Positions 18,607-28,199 of a stretch of 64,000 nucleotides of DNA are shown here, in pieces; within the stretch, counting starts at the first letter, position 1; each line of letters opens with the position of its first letter. Both the position numbers and the translations under genes were made by a program. The stretch comes from Candidatus Binatia bacterium (lineage in GTDB: Bacteria > Desulfobacterota > Binatia > UBA9968 > JAJDTQ01). Under the pieces are notes generated by a model. The model was not told the DNA's origin. It saw nothing but the letters and a program-made list of their open reading frames with translations, and did not search any database. The DNA is taken from positions 352,001 to 416,000 of the forward strand of contig OY762897.2 of assembly GCA_963666515.2 (NCBI GenBank), given 5' to 3'.

Positions 18607-19532
18607 TGGTATCTGCTATGCACCGGGAGCAGTCCTTGCGGCCGCCACACCAGGATCGCCGCCATGAAGATGTAGATGGACATGGAGGCCAGGGAGGCGC
18701 CGACGCCGTTGGCGGTGGCGGGGTCGAGGAACAGCCCCAGGGAGACCGGCAGGAACGCCCGCCCCATGGTGTCGATGAAACCCACCAGGATGGAGCCCAC
18801 GAGCGCCCCGCGAACCGAGCCGATGCCGCCGATGACGATCACCACGAAGGTCAGGATCAGGATGTTCTCGCCCATCCCCACCTCCACCGACCATACCGGC
18901 CCGGCCATGGCGCCGGCGAGACCGGCCAGCAGTGCGCCCAGCCCGAACACCAGGGTGTAGAGCAGCGGCACGTTCACCCCCAGCGCCCCGATGATCTCCC
19001 GGTTGCTGGCGCTGGCCCGGATCATCATGCCCGCGCGGGTGCGGATGATGAGCCAGTAGAGCGAGAACGCCACCAGGCCGCCCACCGCGATGATGGCGAG
19101 CCGGTACACCGGGTAGTCCACCCCCGGGATGATCTGCACCGATCCAGAGAGCGCCGCCGGAACGTCGAGGAACAGCGCGCGCGGCCCCCAGATGATTTTG
19201 GTCAGCTCGTTGAAGAAAAGGATCAGGCCGAAGGTGGCCAGGACCTGGTCGAGGTGGTCGCGGCTGTAGAGGGTCCGCAGCGCCACCCGTTCCACCGCCA
19301 TCCCCACCAGCGCCGAAGCGCACAGCGTGGCGGCCAGCGCCAGCCAGAACGAGCCGGTGACCTGGTACACGGTGGCGCACACGTAGGCCCCCACCATGTA
19401 AAGGGAGCCGTGGGCGAGATTGATCATCCCCATGATGCCGAACACCAGCGTGAGGCCGGCCGCCATGAGGAAAAGCATCACCCCGAACTGCAGGCCGTTC
19501 AGAACCTGCTCGAGGACCAGCAGCGTGGACAT
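18603..19532 (-). CDS. livH: Branched-chain amino acid type ABC permease (LivH-like)
   Basis: GLTLVFGIMGMINLAHG, VIGGIGS, RPQGL. Confidence 0.88.
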   Translation of the reverse strand: MSTLLVLEQVLNGLQFGVMLFLMAAGLTLVFGIMGMINLAHGSLYMVGAYVCATVYQVTGSFWLALAATLCASALVGMAVERVALRTLYSRDHLDQVLATFGLILFFNELTKIIWGPRALFLDVPAALSGSVQIIPGVDYPVYRLAIIAVGGLVAFSLYWLIIRTRAGMMIRASASNREIIGALGVNVPLLYTLVFGLGALLAGLAGAMAGPVWSVEVGMGENILILTFVVIVIGGIGSVRGALVGSILVGFIDTMGRAFLPVSLGLFLDPATANGVGASLASMSIYIFMAAILVWRPQGLLPVHSRYQ

Positions 19533-19564
19533 GGTTCGTGGGCTCGGTCTCGCCCCGCCTCCCT

Positions 19565-19631
19565 CCTGGATTCCGGGTCAAGCCCGGAATGACGGAAAGC
19601 GTCACCCCGGACTTGATCCGGGGTCCAGAGG
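19565..19631. repeat. Palindromic REP-like doublet, family A (identical to 25076-25142)
   Basis: cctggattccgggtcaagcccggaatgacg-gaaag-cgtcaccccggacttgatccggggtccagagg. Confidence 0.85.
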
Positions 19632-19704
19632 CGGGGGCGGCACCCCTGGTTTCCGGGTCATGCCCGGAGTGACGGGGTCGGGTTCCGGTAGCAGGACCGT
19701 CGGC

Positions 19705-19734
19705 GTCCCGTCTCACCGGTCCGTGAGACGGGAC
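19705..19734 (-). terminator. 12-bp stem hairpin downstream of the binding-protein gene (attenuator or mRNA stabiliser)
   Basis: gtcccgtctcac-cggtcc-gtgagacgggac; no U tract. Confidence 0.5.
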
Positions 19735-19754
19735 ATCCGTTCAAAGGCGGGTCG

Positions 19755-20915
19755 CTACATCTTGCACTGGCCGGCGTAGGCGTCCGCGTGGTTCGAGAAG
19801 GCCTTGCCGATGATCCTGTTGGTCAGCACCTTGCCCTCGCGTACCACCTCTCGGACGTAGACGTCCTGAATCGGATGGTGGTTCGGGCCGAACTTGAAGC
19901 TGCCGCGCACCGACTCGAAGTCGGCCTTGCGCAGGGCCGCGCGGAACGCGGCCTTGTCGGACACCTTGCCGCCGGTGCTCTTGAGCGCGGATCCGATCAG
20001 GAGCGCCGCGTCGTAGCCCTGGCTGGCGTACAGCGACGGCAGCCGCTTGTACGCTTTCTGGAAACCGGCGACAAAGGCCTTGTTGGCCGGGTTGTCGATG
20101 TCCTTGTTCCACTGGGAGGAGTTGATCACTCCCAGCGCGGCGTCGCCCACCGCCCCCAGGATGGTCTGGTCGAACGAGAACGCCGGTCCGAACAGCGGGA
20201 TCTTCCCGGTCAGGCCCGCCTGGTGGTACTGCTTGATGAAGCTGATGCCCATGCCGCCGGGCAGGAAGAAGAACACCGCGTCCGGGTTGGCGCCGCGTAG
20301 CGCGGCGATCTCGGCCGCGTAGTCCTTCTGCCCCAGCTTGGTGTAGACTTCGCCGGCCACCTTGCCCTTGTAGAAGCGCTTGAAGCCCCGCAGCGCATCC
20401 TTCCCAGCGGGGTAGTTGGGCGCCAGGATGTACGCGTTCTTGTATCCCTTCTGCGCCACGTGCTGGCCCATGGCCTCGTGCAGGTTGTCGTTCTGCCATG
20501 CGACGTTGAAGTAGTTCTCATGGCAGCCCTTTCCGGCCAGCTTCGACGGACCCGCGTTGGGGCTGATGTAGAACACTCCGGCCTCCACCACCTTCGGCAC
20601 CACCGCGATGGCCAGGTTCGACCAGATGATGCCGGTCATGATGTCCACCTTGTCGCGCTTCACGAACCGGTTGGCCACCTGCAGCGCCTTCCCCGACTTG
20701 CGCGCGTCGTCCTCCACCAGGAACTCCACCGCGGTCCCGCCGAGCTTGCCGCCCTCCTGGTCCACGGCCAGCTTGAAGCCGTCCCGCACCGCCACGCCGA
20801 GCGCGCTGCCGCCGCCCGACAGGGTCGTGATCATGCCGACCTTCACCTGGGCCGCCAGCGTCGCCGGCGCCCCGGCCAGGACAATCGTAATCAGGGCAAT
20901 CATCCATTTTCTCAC
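19755..20915 (-). CDS. ABC substrate-binding protein, Leu/Ile/Val-binding (PBP1) family
   Basis: Signal peptide; VKVGMITTLSG, EDD, NYPAGKD. Confidence 0.9.
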   Translation of the reverse strand: MRKWMIALITIVLAGAPATLAAQVKVGMITTLSGGGSALGVAVRDGFKLAVDQEGGKLGGTAVEFLVEDDARKSGKALQVANRFVKRDKVDIMTGIIWSNLAIAVVPKVVEAGVFYISPNAGPSKLAGKGCHENYFNVAWQNDNLHEAMGQHVAQKGYKNAYILAPNYPAGKDALRGFKRFYKGKVAGEVYTKLGQKDYAAEIAALRGANPDAVFFFLPGGMGISFIKQYHQAGLTGKIPLFGPAFSFDQTILGAVGDAALGVINSSQWNKDIDNPANKAFVAGFQKAYKRLPSLYASQGYDAALLIGSALKSTGGKVSDKAAFRAALRKADFESVRGSFKFGPNHHPIQDVYVREVVREGKVLTNRIIGKAFSNHADAYAGQCKM

Positions 20916-21025
20916 GGGGAGAAACCTCCTTTTTTTCCAGTGAATCCGGCGATCTTACCTTTTGCCGCGATGCGCCGTCAATGCCATGCTGTTGATGAAT
21001 GTCGGACTACAGCGAAATGAAAAAG

Positions 21026-21355
21026 TTATTCGAGAACCCGGTAAAACCGCTTCTCCAAGCCCTCTCCTGCAACTAGGTCCACGACTTTGTCGACAAGCAA
21101 TCGCAGTTCCTGAACACGTGTTCGTTGCGCAATCATTGCCACGACAGGAACCGGCAGTCTGTCAATGTTCTGCTGGTGCTCCATGCTCTGGTCGGCGGTG
21201 ATCAGCGCATCGAATCCGTGAGAACCGGCCAGTCTCAAGAGGTCGCCATTCTTGCTGCCTGCCCACCCCATCCGTTGGACCGTGTGGATCTCGAACTCGT
21301 CAGGGAAATGGTCCGCAAGTTGTCTTGGAAGGGATTCGTCAAAAAGGAGCTTCAT
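21026..21355 (-). CDS. DUF5615 PIN-like toxin
   Basis: MKLLFDESLP, MGWAGSKNG, ITADQ. Confidence 0.8.
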   Translation of the reverse strand: MKLLFDESLPRQLADHFPDEFEIHTVQRMGWAGSKNGDLLRLAGSHGFDALITADQSMEHQQNIDRLPVPVVAMIAQRTRVQELRLLVDKVVDLVAGEGLEKRFYRVLE

Positions 21356-21563
21356 TCAGGTTGTTCGTGAGCGCTGTCTTTGCCCGCTTAAGCACTTCGA
21401 TCGCCTGGGTGCGGGAGACGGTAGGGTGGTTGTCCAGGAAGTCATCAAGCCGGTCGCCCGCTTCCAGATACTCGATCAGGATACGTACCGGCACACGGGT
21501 CCCCGCAAACACAGGAGTTCCCCCGAGGATATCCACGTTTGTGTCGATCAAGCGATCCTTCAT
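21339..21563 (-). CDS. DUF433 domain antitoxin
   Basis: ILGGTPVFAGTRVPV. Confidence 0.85.
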   Translation of the reverse strand: MKDRLIDTNVDILGGTPVFAGTRVPVRILIEYLEAGDRLDDFLDNHPTVSRTQAIEVLKRAKTALTNNLNEAPF

Positions 21564-21576
21564 GGTTCCATCCTCC

Positions 21577-22608
21577 TCAGCTCGCCTCGCGGTACAGGTC
21601 CAGGGCCTTCATCACCGGAGCGTCGCTCATGGACAGGAGGATGGCGTCGGTGTCCGGGGAGTGGTTGGCGTGGGCGTGCTGGTTCCACAGCGGCACCACG
21701 AAGGAGTCGCCCTGCCGCCACTCGAAGACCCTGCCGCCGACGATGGAAGTGCCGGAGCCCCGGTACACGTGGTAGATGACGGTGCTGGTGTGCCGGTGGG
21801 GCTGGGTCTCCTGGCCCGGCTCCAGGAGTTGGACCGCGCACTGGATGGTGGGCATGGTGGGTCCGCCGTTGACGGGGTTCAGGAATTCGAGCAGGTAGCC
21901 GTCGTACGGATCCCGGCCCGACCCGTTGCGCCGGAGCCGTTCCAGGCTGCGCTCGGTATCGGCCCACTTGTAGTGGAAGAACTGCTTGGGTGGCTCCAGC
22001 GCCGGGCGGGCGTGGCTGTAGAACCCGGCCACCTCCTCGCTGGTGGCCTCCAGCGCCTGCTGCTCTTGGTGATAGGGCTCGAAGAAGAGCTGGTGCAACG
22101 CCTGTGTGAGCGGGATGTCCAGGCCGTCGAGCCAGATGATGGGCTTGCCCGAGTCGTTGACGTGGTCGTGCCACGTGAGCTGGGGCGTGAGGATGAGATC
22201 ACCCTCTTCCATTACGCACTGCTGTCCGTTGACCATGGTGTAGGCGCCCCGCCCTTGCAGCACGAAGCGGAAGGCCGCGGCCGTGTGCCGGTGGGCGCGC
22301 GCGTACTCGCCGTGCTTCACGTACTGGAACGAGAAGTGGATGGTGTGGGTGGTGCCGTGGCCGCCGGGAATGCCGGGGTTCAGGAGCCGGATGGTCCGCC
22401 GCTCCGCGTCTTGCTCCAGGTTCACCACCTCCCCGGCCCGTATCATGCTTTCGTGCACGTCTTCCCAGCGCCACAGGCAGGGCTGCACGCTGCTGACGGG
22501 GTAGGGCGGCAGGTCCTCCAGCCCCAGGTTCCAATGCCCTTCGAGGCTCTTCTCGCTCATGTCCCGGTTGAGCTGATCGATGGAATCGCGGATGCGTTCC
22601 TGCTTCAT
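21577..22608 (-). CDS. Gentisate 1,2-dioxygenase-like bicupin
   Basis: AERRTIRLLNPG, AHRHT, TWHDH, WLDGLD, PHRHT; start MKQER with RBS AAGGAG. Confidence 0.82.
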   Translation of the reverse strand: MKQERIRDSIDQLNRDMSEKSLEGHWNLGLEDLPPYPVSSVQPCLWRWEDVHESMIRAGEVVNLEQDAERRTIRLLNPGIPGGHGTTHTIHFSFQYVKHGEYARAHRHTAAAFRFVLQGRGAYTMVNGQQCVMEEGDLILTPQLTWHDHVNDSGKPIIWLDGLDIPLTQALHQLFFEPYHQEQQALEATSEEVAGFYSHARPALEPPKQFFHYKWADTERSLERLRRNGSGRDPYDGYLLEFLNPVNGGPTMPTIQCAVQLLEPGQETQPHRHTSTVIYHVYRGSGTSIVGGRVFEWRQGDSFVVPLWNQHAHANHSPDTDAILLSMSDAPVMKALDLYREAS

Positions 22609-22794
22609 TTCGGTCTCCTTCCGCCCGTCACGGTCGATCCACGGCACAGAATACACCACCGGCGAAACAAGTGAAACGATCCGGCCGGGGCTGACTGTCG
22701 GCAACGGACGGCCGCCGCACGCATCGTTGCAATTGCCCGCGTTGCCCGATATGTCATCCCTTCTGCCGGTAAATCCCAAGCACAAGGAAGTCGC

Positions 22795-23772
22795 ATGCTG
22801 GTCATCTCGGAAGCACAGGTAAGGGAACTGTTGGATCTCGATGAGTTGATCGCCGCGCTGGAGCAGGCGCACGTCCAGTTCTCCGCGGGCAGGGTGGTGA
22901 TGCCGGTGCGCCTGGTGGTGCCGTTGCCGGAGATCCAGGGCCGCATCACCAGCATGCCGGCGTACATGAGCGAGGAAAAGGCGCTGGGGATCAAGATCAT
23001 CTCCTATTTCCGCGACAACCCGAAACAGAGCCTACCGCCGATCCTGGCCACCATCTCGCTCTACAGCGCCGAGACCGGAGGACTGGAGGTGTTGATGGAC
23101 GGTGTCTACGTCACCGCCATCCGCACCGCATGCGCGTCGGCCATGGCCACCAAGGCGCTGGCGCGGCCGGAGACGCCGGTGCTGGGCGTCCTGGGCGCCG
23201 GCACCCAGGCGCGCACCCACATCCGCGCGCTGAGTCGGGTCCGCTCCATCGAGCGGGTGCTCATCTGGAGTCCGTCGCGCCTCAATGCGATCTACGTGAA
23301 GGAAGAACTGGAGGACGAGTTGGGTTTCCCGATCCAGCCGCAGGAATCCGCCGAGGCAGTGGTGCGCGAGTCGGACATCCTGACCGCGGTGACGGATTCG
23401 GCCGAGCCCATCCTCGAAGCCGGTTGGCTCAAGCCCGGCGTCCACATCAACGCCGTCGGCTCGCACCGGCCCGAGGCCCGGGAGATGGGCGGCGACACGG
23501 TCAAGCGGTCTACCGTGATCGTGGACTCGCTGGACGCCATCAATACCGAGTGCGGCGACATCCTGCTGGCCGTCAAGGAGGGCGCCATCACGCCGGACCA
23601 CGTGCGCGGCGAGATCGGCGAGGTGCTGGCGGGCGCCAAGCCCGGACGCACGAGCGACGACGAGATCACCATGTACAAGTCGGTGGGCATTGCGGCCCAG
23701 GACGTGGCCGCAGCCAGCCTGGTGTACCGGCGGGCGCGGGAGCAAGGCGTCGGCACTGAGGTGGAGATGTAG
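22795..23772 (+). CDS. Ornithine cyclodeaminase/mu-crystallin family protein
   Basis: TAIRTA, LGAGTQA, HINAVG, YKSVGIAAQD. Confidence 0.9.
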   Translation: MLVISEAQVRELLDLDELIAALEQAHVQFSAGRVVMPVRLVVPLPEIQGRITSMPAYMSEEKALGIKIISYFRDNPKQSLPPILATISLYSAETGGLEVLMDGVYVTAIRTACASAMATKALARPETPVLGVLGAGTQARTHIRALSRVRSIERVLIWSPSRLNAIYVKEELEDELGFPIQPQESAEAVVRESDILTAVTDSAEPILEAGWLKPGVHINAVGSHRPEAREMGGDTVKRSTVIVDSLDAINTECGDILLAVKEGAITPDHVRGEIGEVLAGAKPGRTSDDEITMYKSVGIAAQDVAAASLVYRRAREQGVGTEVEM

Positions 23773-23796
23773 GGCGCTCGACTCGGAACATACATC

Positions 23797-24984
23797 ATGG
23801 ACGCCAACGAAGCTCGAAAACGCATAGAGGAAGGCCTGGACGAGGAAGAGGTCCGGCGCCTCCTGGTCAAGTTGCTGCAAACCCCCAGCCCCCAGACCGA
23901 GCTGCTCGAGAGGGAGCCGCAGGTGCTGGCGCTGATCCGCGACGTGGTGCGGCCGGAGCTGGAGGCAGAGGGCATCGACGCCGCCATCGACGACATGGGC
24001 AACCTCACGGCGAGGTTGCCCGGCAGCGGCGCCGCGCCCGGCCTGGTGCTGGTGTCGTACGCCATGAACGCGGCCCCCAGCACCATGCCCAACCCCTACT
24101 CCGGCGAGATCGTGGACGGCGCGCCCTACGGCCTGGAGGGGCCGTGCGGCTGGGGCCGCGGCGCGTGCGAGCAGAAGGGCAGTCTGGCGGCCATGCTGAG
24201 CGCGGTGAAGCTCCTCGCCCGGAACGGCTGGGAGCTTCCGGGAGACCTCTACTTCGTCACCAGCACCGCGGGCGAGAGCGGCAAGCACGAGTCCCTCGAC
24301 CACGTGCTTTCGAGCGGCGCCATCGACGCCGGCTGGGGCCTCATCGACGGCCCGCCCGAGATCCAGTTGGGCAACAAGGGCCGCATCGACGTGCGCATCG
24401 TGGTGCGCGGCCGCCAGGCCCACAGCAGCCGTCCGTGGGACGGCGTCAACGCCGTGGACGGCGCCGTGAAGGTTCTGGAGAAGCTGGCGCCGCTGATGCC
24501 GTATCCCGAGGACAAGAGCCATCCCGAACTGGGCCGGGTTTCCCTGACTCCCACCGCCATCGAGAGCTTTCCCAAGTCGACCCACACCATTCCCAGCGAG
24601 TGCCACATCAAGATGGACCGCCGGCTGTTGCCGGGCGACGACGCCGACCGGGCGGTGGTCCAGCTCGCCGACGCCATCGGCAGCATCGAGCCCTGCGAGG
24701 TGGCGCTGGAGAAGGAAGAGTTCATGTATCCCTGCGAGGTGGGAAAGGACGCCGGCGTGGTGGTGGCACTGGGCGACGCCATCCGCACCATGCTGGGACG
24801 GGAGCCGGAATACAGCTTCTCCACCGCGGCCAACGACACCGGCCTCCTCAACGTGAGGGGCATCGAGACCGTCAACTACGGCTCCCGCGCCGTCCGGTTC
24901 CAGCACACCGACAACGACCTGGTGCCGCTCAAGAGCGTCGTCGAGGCTGCCAAGGTGTTCATGTACATGGCGCTGCACCGCTGA
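23797..24984 (+). CDS. M20 (ArgE/DapE-like) family protein with atypical metal-ligand motifs
   Basis: WGRGACEQKG, NKG, AHSS, GVNA, QHTDND. Confidence 0.8.
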   Translation: MDANEARKRIEEGLDEEEVRRLLVKLLQTPSPQTELLEREPQVLALIRDVVRPELEAEGIDAAIDDMGNLTARLPGSGAAPGLVLVSYAMNAAPSTMPNPYSGEIVDGAPYGLEGPCGWGRGACEQKGSLAAMLSAVKLLARNGWELPGDLYFVTSTAGESGKHESLDHVLSSGAIDAGWGLIDGPPEIQLGNKGRIDVRIVVRGRQAHSSRPWDGVNAVDGAVKVLEKLAPLMPYPEDKSHPELGRVSLTPTAIESFPKSTHTIPSECHIKMDRRLLPGDDADRAVVQLADAIGSIEPCEVALEKEEFMYPCEVGKDAGVVVALGDAIRTMLGREPEYSFSTAANDTGLLNVRGIETVNYGSRAVRFQHTDNDLVPLKSVVEAAKVFMYMALHR

Positions 24985-24998
24985 CGCGCCCAAGTCTG

Positions 24999-25142
24999 CC
25001 CGGACTTGATCCGGGAAACCCCGGACCCCGGGTCAAGCCCGGGGCAGGCTCGATCCGGGGTCCAGAGGGGAGCCGCCTGGATTCCGGGTCAAGCCCGGAA
25101 TGACGGAAAGCGTCACCCCGGACTTGATCCGGGGTCCAGAGG
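24999..25142. repeat. Cluster of family A REP-like palindromes, including a 67-bp copy identical to 19565-19631
   Basis: Several ccggacttgatccggg / cgggtcaagcccgg units. Confidence 0.85.
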
Positions 25143-25219
25143 GGGGTTGAGCCGGGGCAACCTCCATCCGCCGTGCAAGCTTCTCAAAAATGCCGCAACA
25201 ATCTCCGGGAGGTACCATC

Positions 25220-26092
25220 ATGCCAATGACCGACGCACAGTTCATCGACGTGGACGGGGTCCGTACGCGCTACTTCGAGAAAGGGACCGGCGAGCCGCTG
25301 GTGCTGTGGCACGGCAGCCACTTCGGCACCACCGACGCCTGCGACAGCGCCCTGGACTGGGAGCTGAACTTCGACGCGCTCGCCGAGTCGTTTCGGGTGA
25401 TCGCGGTGGACAAGCTCGGCCAGGGACACACCGGCAACCCCAAGACCGACGAGGACTACACGCCCGCCGCGGTAGTAGAGCACGCCTACGGATTCCTCAA
25501 GGCCATGGGACTGAAGGACGTCCACCTGTGCGGCCACTCCCGGGGCGGCTACCTGGTGGCGCGGCTCACGCTGCTCCATCCGGAGATCGTCAAGTCCTGC
25601 ATCATCGTCGACAGCGGCACCCTGTCACCCGGACCTTCGCTCACCGAGTTGGTGATGGCGGCGAGGCCTGAGCCGTATCTTAGCCGGGAGAGCCAGCGGT
25701 GGGTGGTGGAGCACTACTCCTACGGCGCCGGGCACATCACGGAAGGCTGGATCGACGCGGCGGTGGAGATATCCGAGTTGCCCAAGTACCAGGATTCCGT
25801 GCGGGCGATGAACGGCGGGGGCTTGAGGCTGTTCATGCGCAACCTCGTGCTCGACAAGGAGGAGTGCCTCCAGTGGATGCAGGAGGGGCGGCTCAAGACC
25901 CCCACCCTGGTGGTGTGGGGCTACAACGACCCGACGGCACGGTACCAGCGGGGCCTCACGCTGTTCGACTACGTCGCCGGCAGCACCGAGAACGCGCAGT
26001 TGCACGTCATCAACAAGGCGGGCCACTTCTGCTACCGGGAACAGCCGGAGCAGTTCAATCAGGCAGTGACGGGTTTTATCAAGAGCCTCTGA
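25220..26092 (+). CDS. Alpha/beta hydrolase (C-C hydrolase-like)
   Basis: HG, GHSRGG nucleophile elbow, WGYND, AGH; RBS GGAGG. Confidence 0.85.
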   Translation: MPMTDAQFIDVDGVRTRYFEKGTGEPLVLWHGSHFGTTDACDSALDWELNFDALAESFRVIAVDKLGQGHTGNPKTDEDYTPAAVVEHAYGFLKAMGLKDVHLCGHSRGGYLVARLTLLHPEIVKSCIIVDSGTLSPGPSLTELVMAARPEPYLSRESQRWVVEHYSYGAGHITEGWIDAAVEISELPKYQDSVRAMNGGGLRLFMRNLVLDKEECLQWMQEGRLKTPTLVVWGYNDPTARYQRGLTLFDYVAGSTENAQLHVINKAGHFCYREQPEQFNQAVTGFIKSL

Positions 26093-26149
26093 CGGTGCCG
26101 GTGGCGTCCATGGGTCTCCCACGTAAGCGCGGAAACGGTCGGCGTCTTC

Positions 26150-26845
26150 TCAGAGGTGCAACGGAACAGGGTCCTTGAGGGAGATGGCCCGGTTGGTGAC
26201 CCGGGCGGCGTAGGGATAGACCTCGACGCCGGCCTTGAACGCCCGCCGCAGCCAGCGCCCGTACTCCGGGTCAATCTCGTCCGCGGGCCTGCACGTAGCG
26301 CCGTCACGGCGCTGGATCACGAACAGCAGCACGGCCCGGTGCCCCTTTCGCCGCAGCCGCATCAGTTCCTTCAGGTGCTTGGTGCCCCGCTCGCTGACGG
26401 CGTCGGGAAACGCGGCCGCCCGGTCCACCACCAGCGTGACGTTCTTGACCTCCACGTAGCACTGCTCCCCGGGGCCTTCCAGCAGGAAGTCGAGGCGCGA
26501 GCCCGGGCGCGTCGGCACCTCCGCGCGCAGGTGCTCGTAACCTTGCAGCTCCCGGATCACTCCGCCCTCGATCCCTTCCCGCGCCAGCCGGTTAGCCGCC
26601 AGCGTATTGATCCCCACCAGCGTCCGCCCCACCCGGATCAACTCCCAGGTGTAGTCGAGCTTCCGGCCCCTGCCGCTCTGGTCCGAGAGGTAGACCCGGC
26701 TGCCGGGCGCGTTGCAGCCCAGCATGCTGCCCGTGTTGGTGCAGTGCGCGGTCACCACCGTGCCGTCGTCGAGACGGACGTCAGCCAGAAAGCGCTTGTA
26801 GCGCTGGATCAGGGTCCCGGCTATCAGCGGGGCGGCAAACCGCAT
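26150..26845 (-). CDS. sfsA: DNA/RNA nuclease SfsA
   Basis: RYKRFLADV, HCTNTGSM, SRLDF, YVEVKNV, FPDAVSERGTKHL. Confidence 0.95.
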   Translation of the reverse strand: MRFAAPLIAGTLIQRYKRFLADVRLDDGTVVTAHCTNTGSMLGCNAPGSRVYLSDQSGRGRKLDYTWELIRVGRTLVGINTLAANRLAREGIEGGVIRELQGYEHLRAEVPTRPGSRLDFLLEGPGEQCYVEVKNVTLVVDRAAAFPDAVSERGTKHLKELMRLRRKGHRAVLLFVIQRRDGATCRPADEIDPEYGRWLRRAFKAGVEVYPYAARVTNRAISLKDPVPLHL

Positions 26846-26873
26846 GACGGCGAGCTATTGCAGCACCAGGGCC

Positions 26874-27425
26874 TTATCCGAACAGCTTTTCCAGAGGGAT
26901 CGCGAGTCCCGGGAGCAGCGGGGAGGTGAGGGTGTCAGCCGGGCCGAGATGACCGGTGGCGATGAACCGGCCGTCCTCCAGTCTCAGGGTTTCGATGGCT
27001 TTGGCCGAGGGGTCCACGAGCCAGTATTCGGCCACCCCGTAGCGGGCGTAGATGTCCAGCTTGACGCCATGATCCCGGCGTTGCGTGGATGGCGAGGCGA
27101 CCTCGACGACGAGGTCAGGCGGTCCATGGACATCGCGCTCGGTGATGATTCCGGCGCGTGCGGCCGAGACGACCAGAAGGTCCGGCTGCACGACGTTGGT
27201 GTCGGACAGGTAGACGTCGGTGGGCGCAAACAATGCCTCGCCCAGCCGGTTGTCCTCGACGAAAGGGGCAATCAGCGTGACGAGCTTGCGCAACACGCGC
27301 TGGTGCGGGACGGTCGGCGCTGGCTCGCGCACCAGCGCTCCCTCGATGAGCTGGTAGCGGACGTCGTCCGGCGTGTTGAGATAATCCTGGTAGGTGAATA
27401 CGGTTTGGCGTTCCTGTATGACCAT
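26874..27425 (-). CDS. Uma2 family endonuclease
   Basis: VQPDL, PDLVVEVASPST, YARYGVAEYWLVDP. Confidence 0.9.
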   Translation of the reverse strand: MVIQERQTVFTYQDYLNTPDDVRYQLIEGALVREPAPTVPHQRVLRKLVTLIAPFVEDNRLGEALFAPTDVYLSDTNVVQPDLLVVSAARAGIITERDVHGPPDLVVEVASPSTQRRDHGVKLDIYARYGVAEYWLVDPSAKAIETLRLEDGRFIATGHLGPADTLTSPLLPGLAIPLEKLFG

Positions 27426-27474
27426 TTTGCGTCCCCCCGATGCTTCACGCCATGTGTCTGCCTCCGCGCCAGCC

Positions 27475-27519
27475 TCGCCCCTACATGGGTTCATCGCTGG
27501 TGCATGTGTAGGAGCGACC
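27475..27519. repeat. Partial GTAG-type REP doublet, family B (inverted relative of 55886-55931)
   Basis: Reverse complement ggtcgctcctacacatgcaccagcgatgaacccatgtaggggcga. Confidence 0.75.
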
Positions 27520-27540
27520 GTGAATTGAGAGAGTCGACGT

Positions 27541-27774
27541 TCAACGCCTCAGGCGCGCGCGAACCCGCAAGAACGTCTCCTCGGCGGTGCCGGACGAAAT
27601 GTCTCCACGCTGATATGATTCGTATCGTCGCGCCGCTTCGTCAAGCCAGAGTTGCTCGACATTCTCATCAAGGTCTTTGTCCAGGGAATCAATCAGTGTA
27701 CGCGCCAATTCGGCTCTCTGTCTTGTGGAAAGCCTGTCAATCTCCTCTCGGAGCTCGGAAATTTCTCGCGCCAT
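27541..27774 (-). CDS. Addiction module antitoxin-like protein
   Basis: RAELARTLIDSLD...WLDEAARR pattern. Confidence 0.8.
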   Translation of the reverse strand: MAREISELREEIDRLSTRQRAELARTLIDSLDKDLDENVEQLWLDEAARRYESYQRGDISSGTAEETFLRVRARLRR

Positions 27775-27868
27775 CTTCGCCTCCCGCAAGAGATTTTACA
27801 GGGTGAGGACCAGGTAGTCGAACAAGAACTTCATTACTCTTCCTCCTCGGGATGTCGTGGCGGCGGTC

Positions 27869-28153
27869 TTATCTCCCCATCCAGTATCCCGGACGTCTTC
27901 TGTGATGTGAAACGGCCACAACTACGAGGTCATTGCCTTCGATCGTGTAGATCAGTGTGAAGGGGAACTTACGAAGCGGGAACCGGCGAAATCGTCCGAC
28001 TGGTCTCCCGATGTGAGGTCGATGGAGTAGCAGCTCCACACAGCCCTCCACCTCGTCCAAAAATCGCTCTCCAAGTCCGGCCGCTTGGTCTTCGTAGAAC
28101 TGAGCCGACTCCAGCATTTCCCCTTCGGCTGGGTCAAGAAAACGGATATTCAT
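27869..28153 (-). CDS. RelE/ParE family toxin
   Basis: FYEDQAAGLGERF, KFPFTLIY, HHRRRPGYW. Confidence 0.85.
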   Translation of the reverse strand: MNIRFLDPAEGEMLESAQFYEDQAAGLGERFLDEVEGCVELLLHRPHIGRPVGRFRRFPLRKFPFTLIYTIEGNDLVVVAVSHHRRRPGYWMGR

Positions 28154-28199
28154 CGCCTCATCGAGCCCGAGCGGCTCCGAGTTCAGACCGTTGAGTTGT

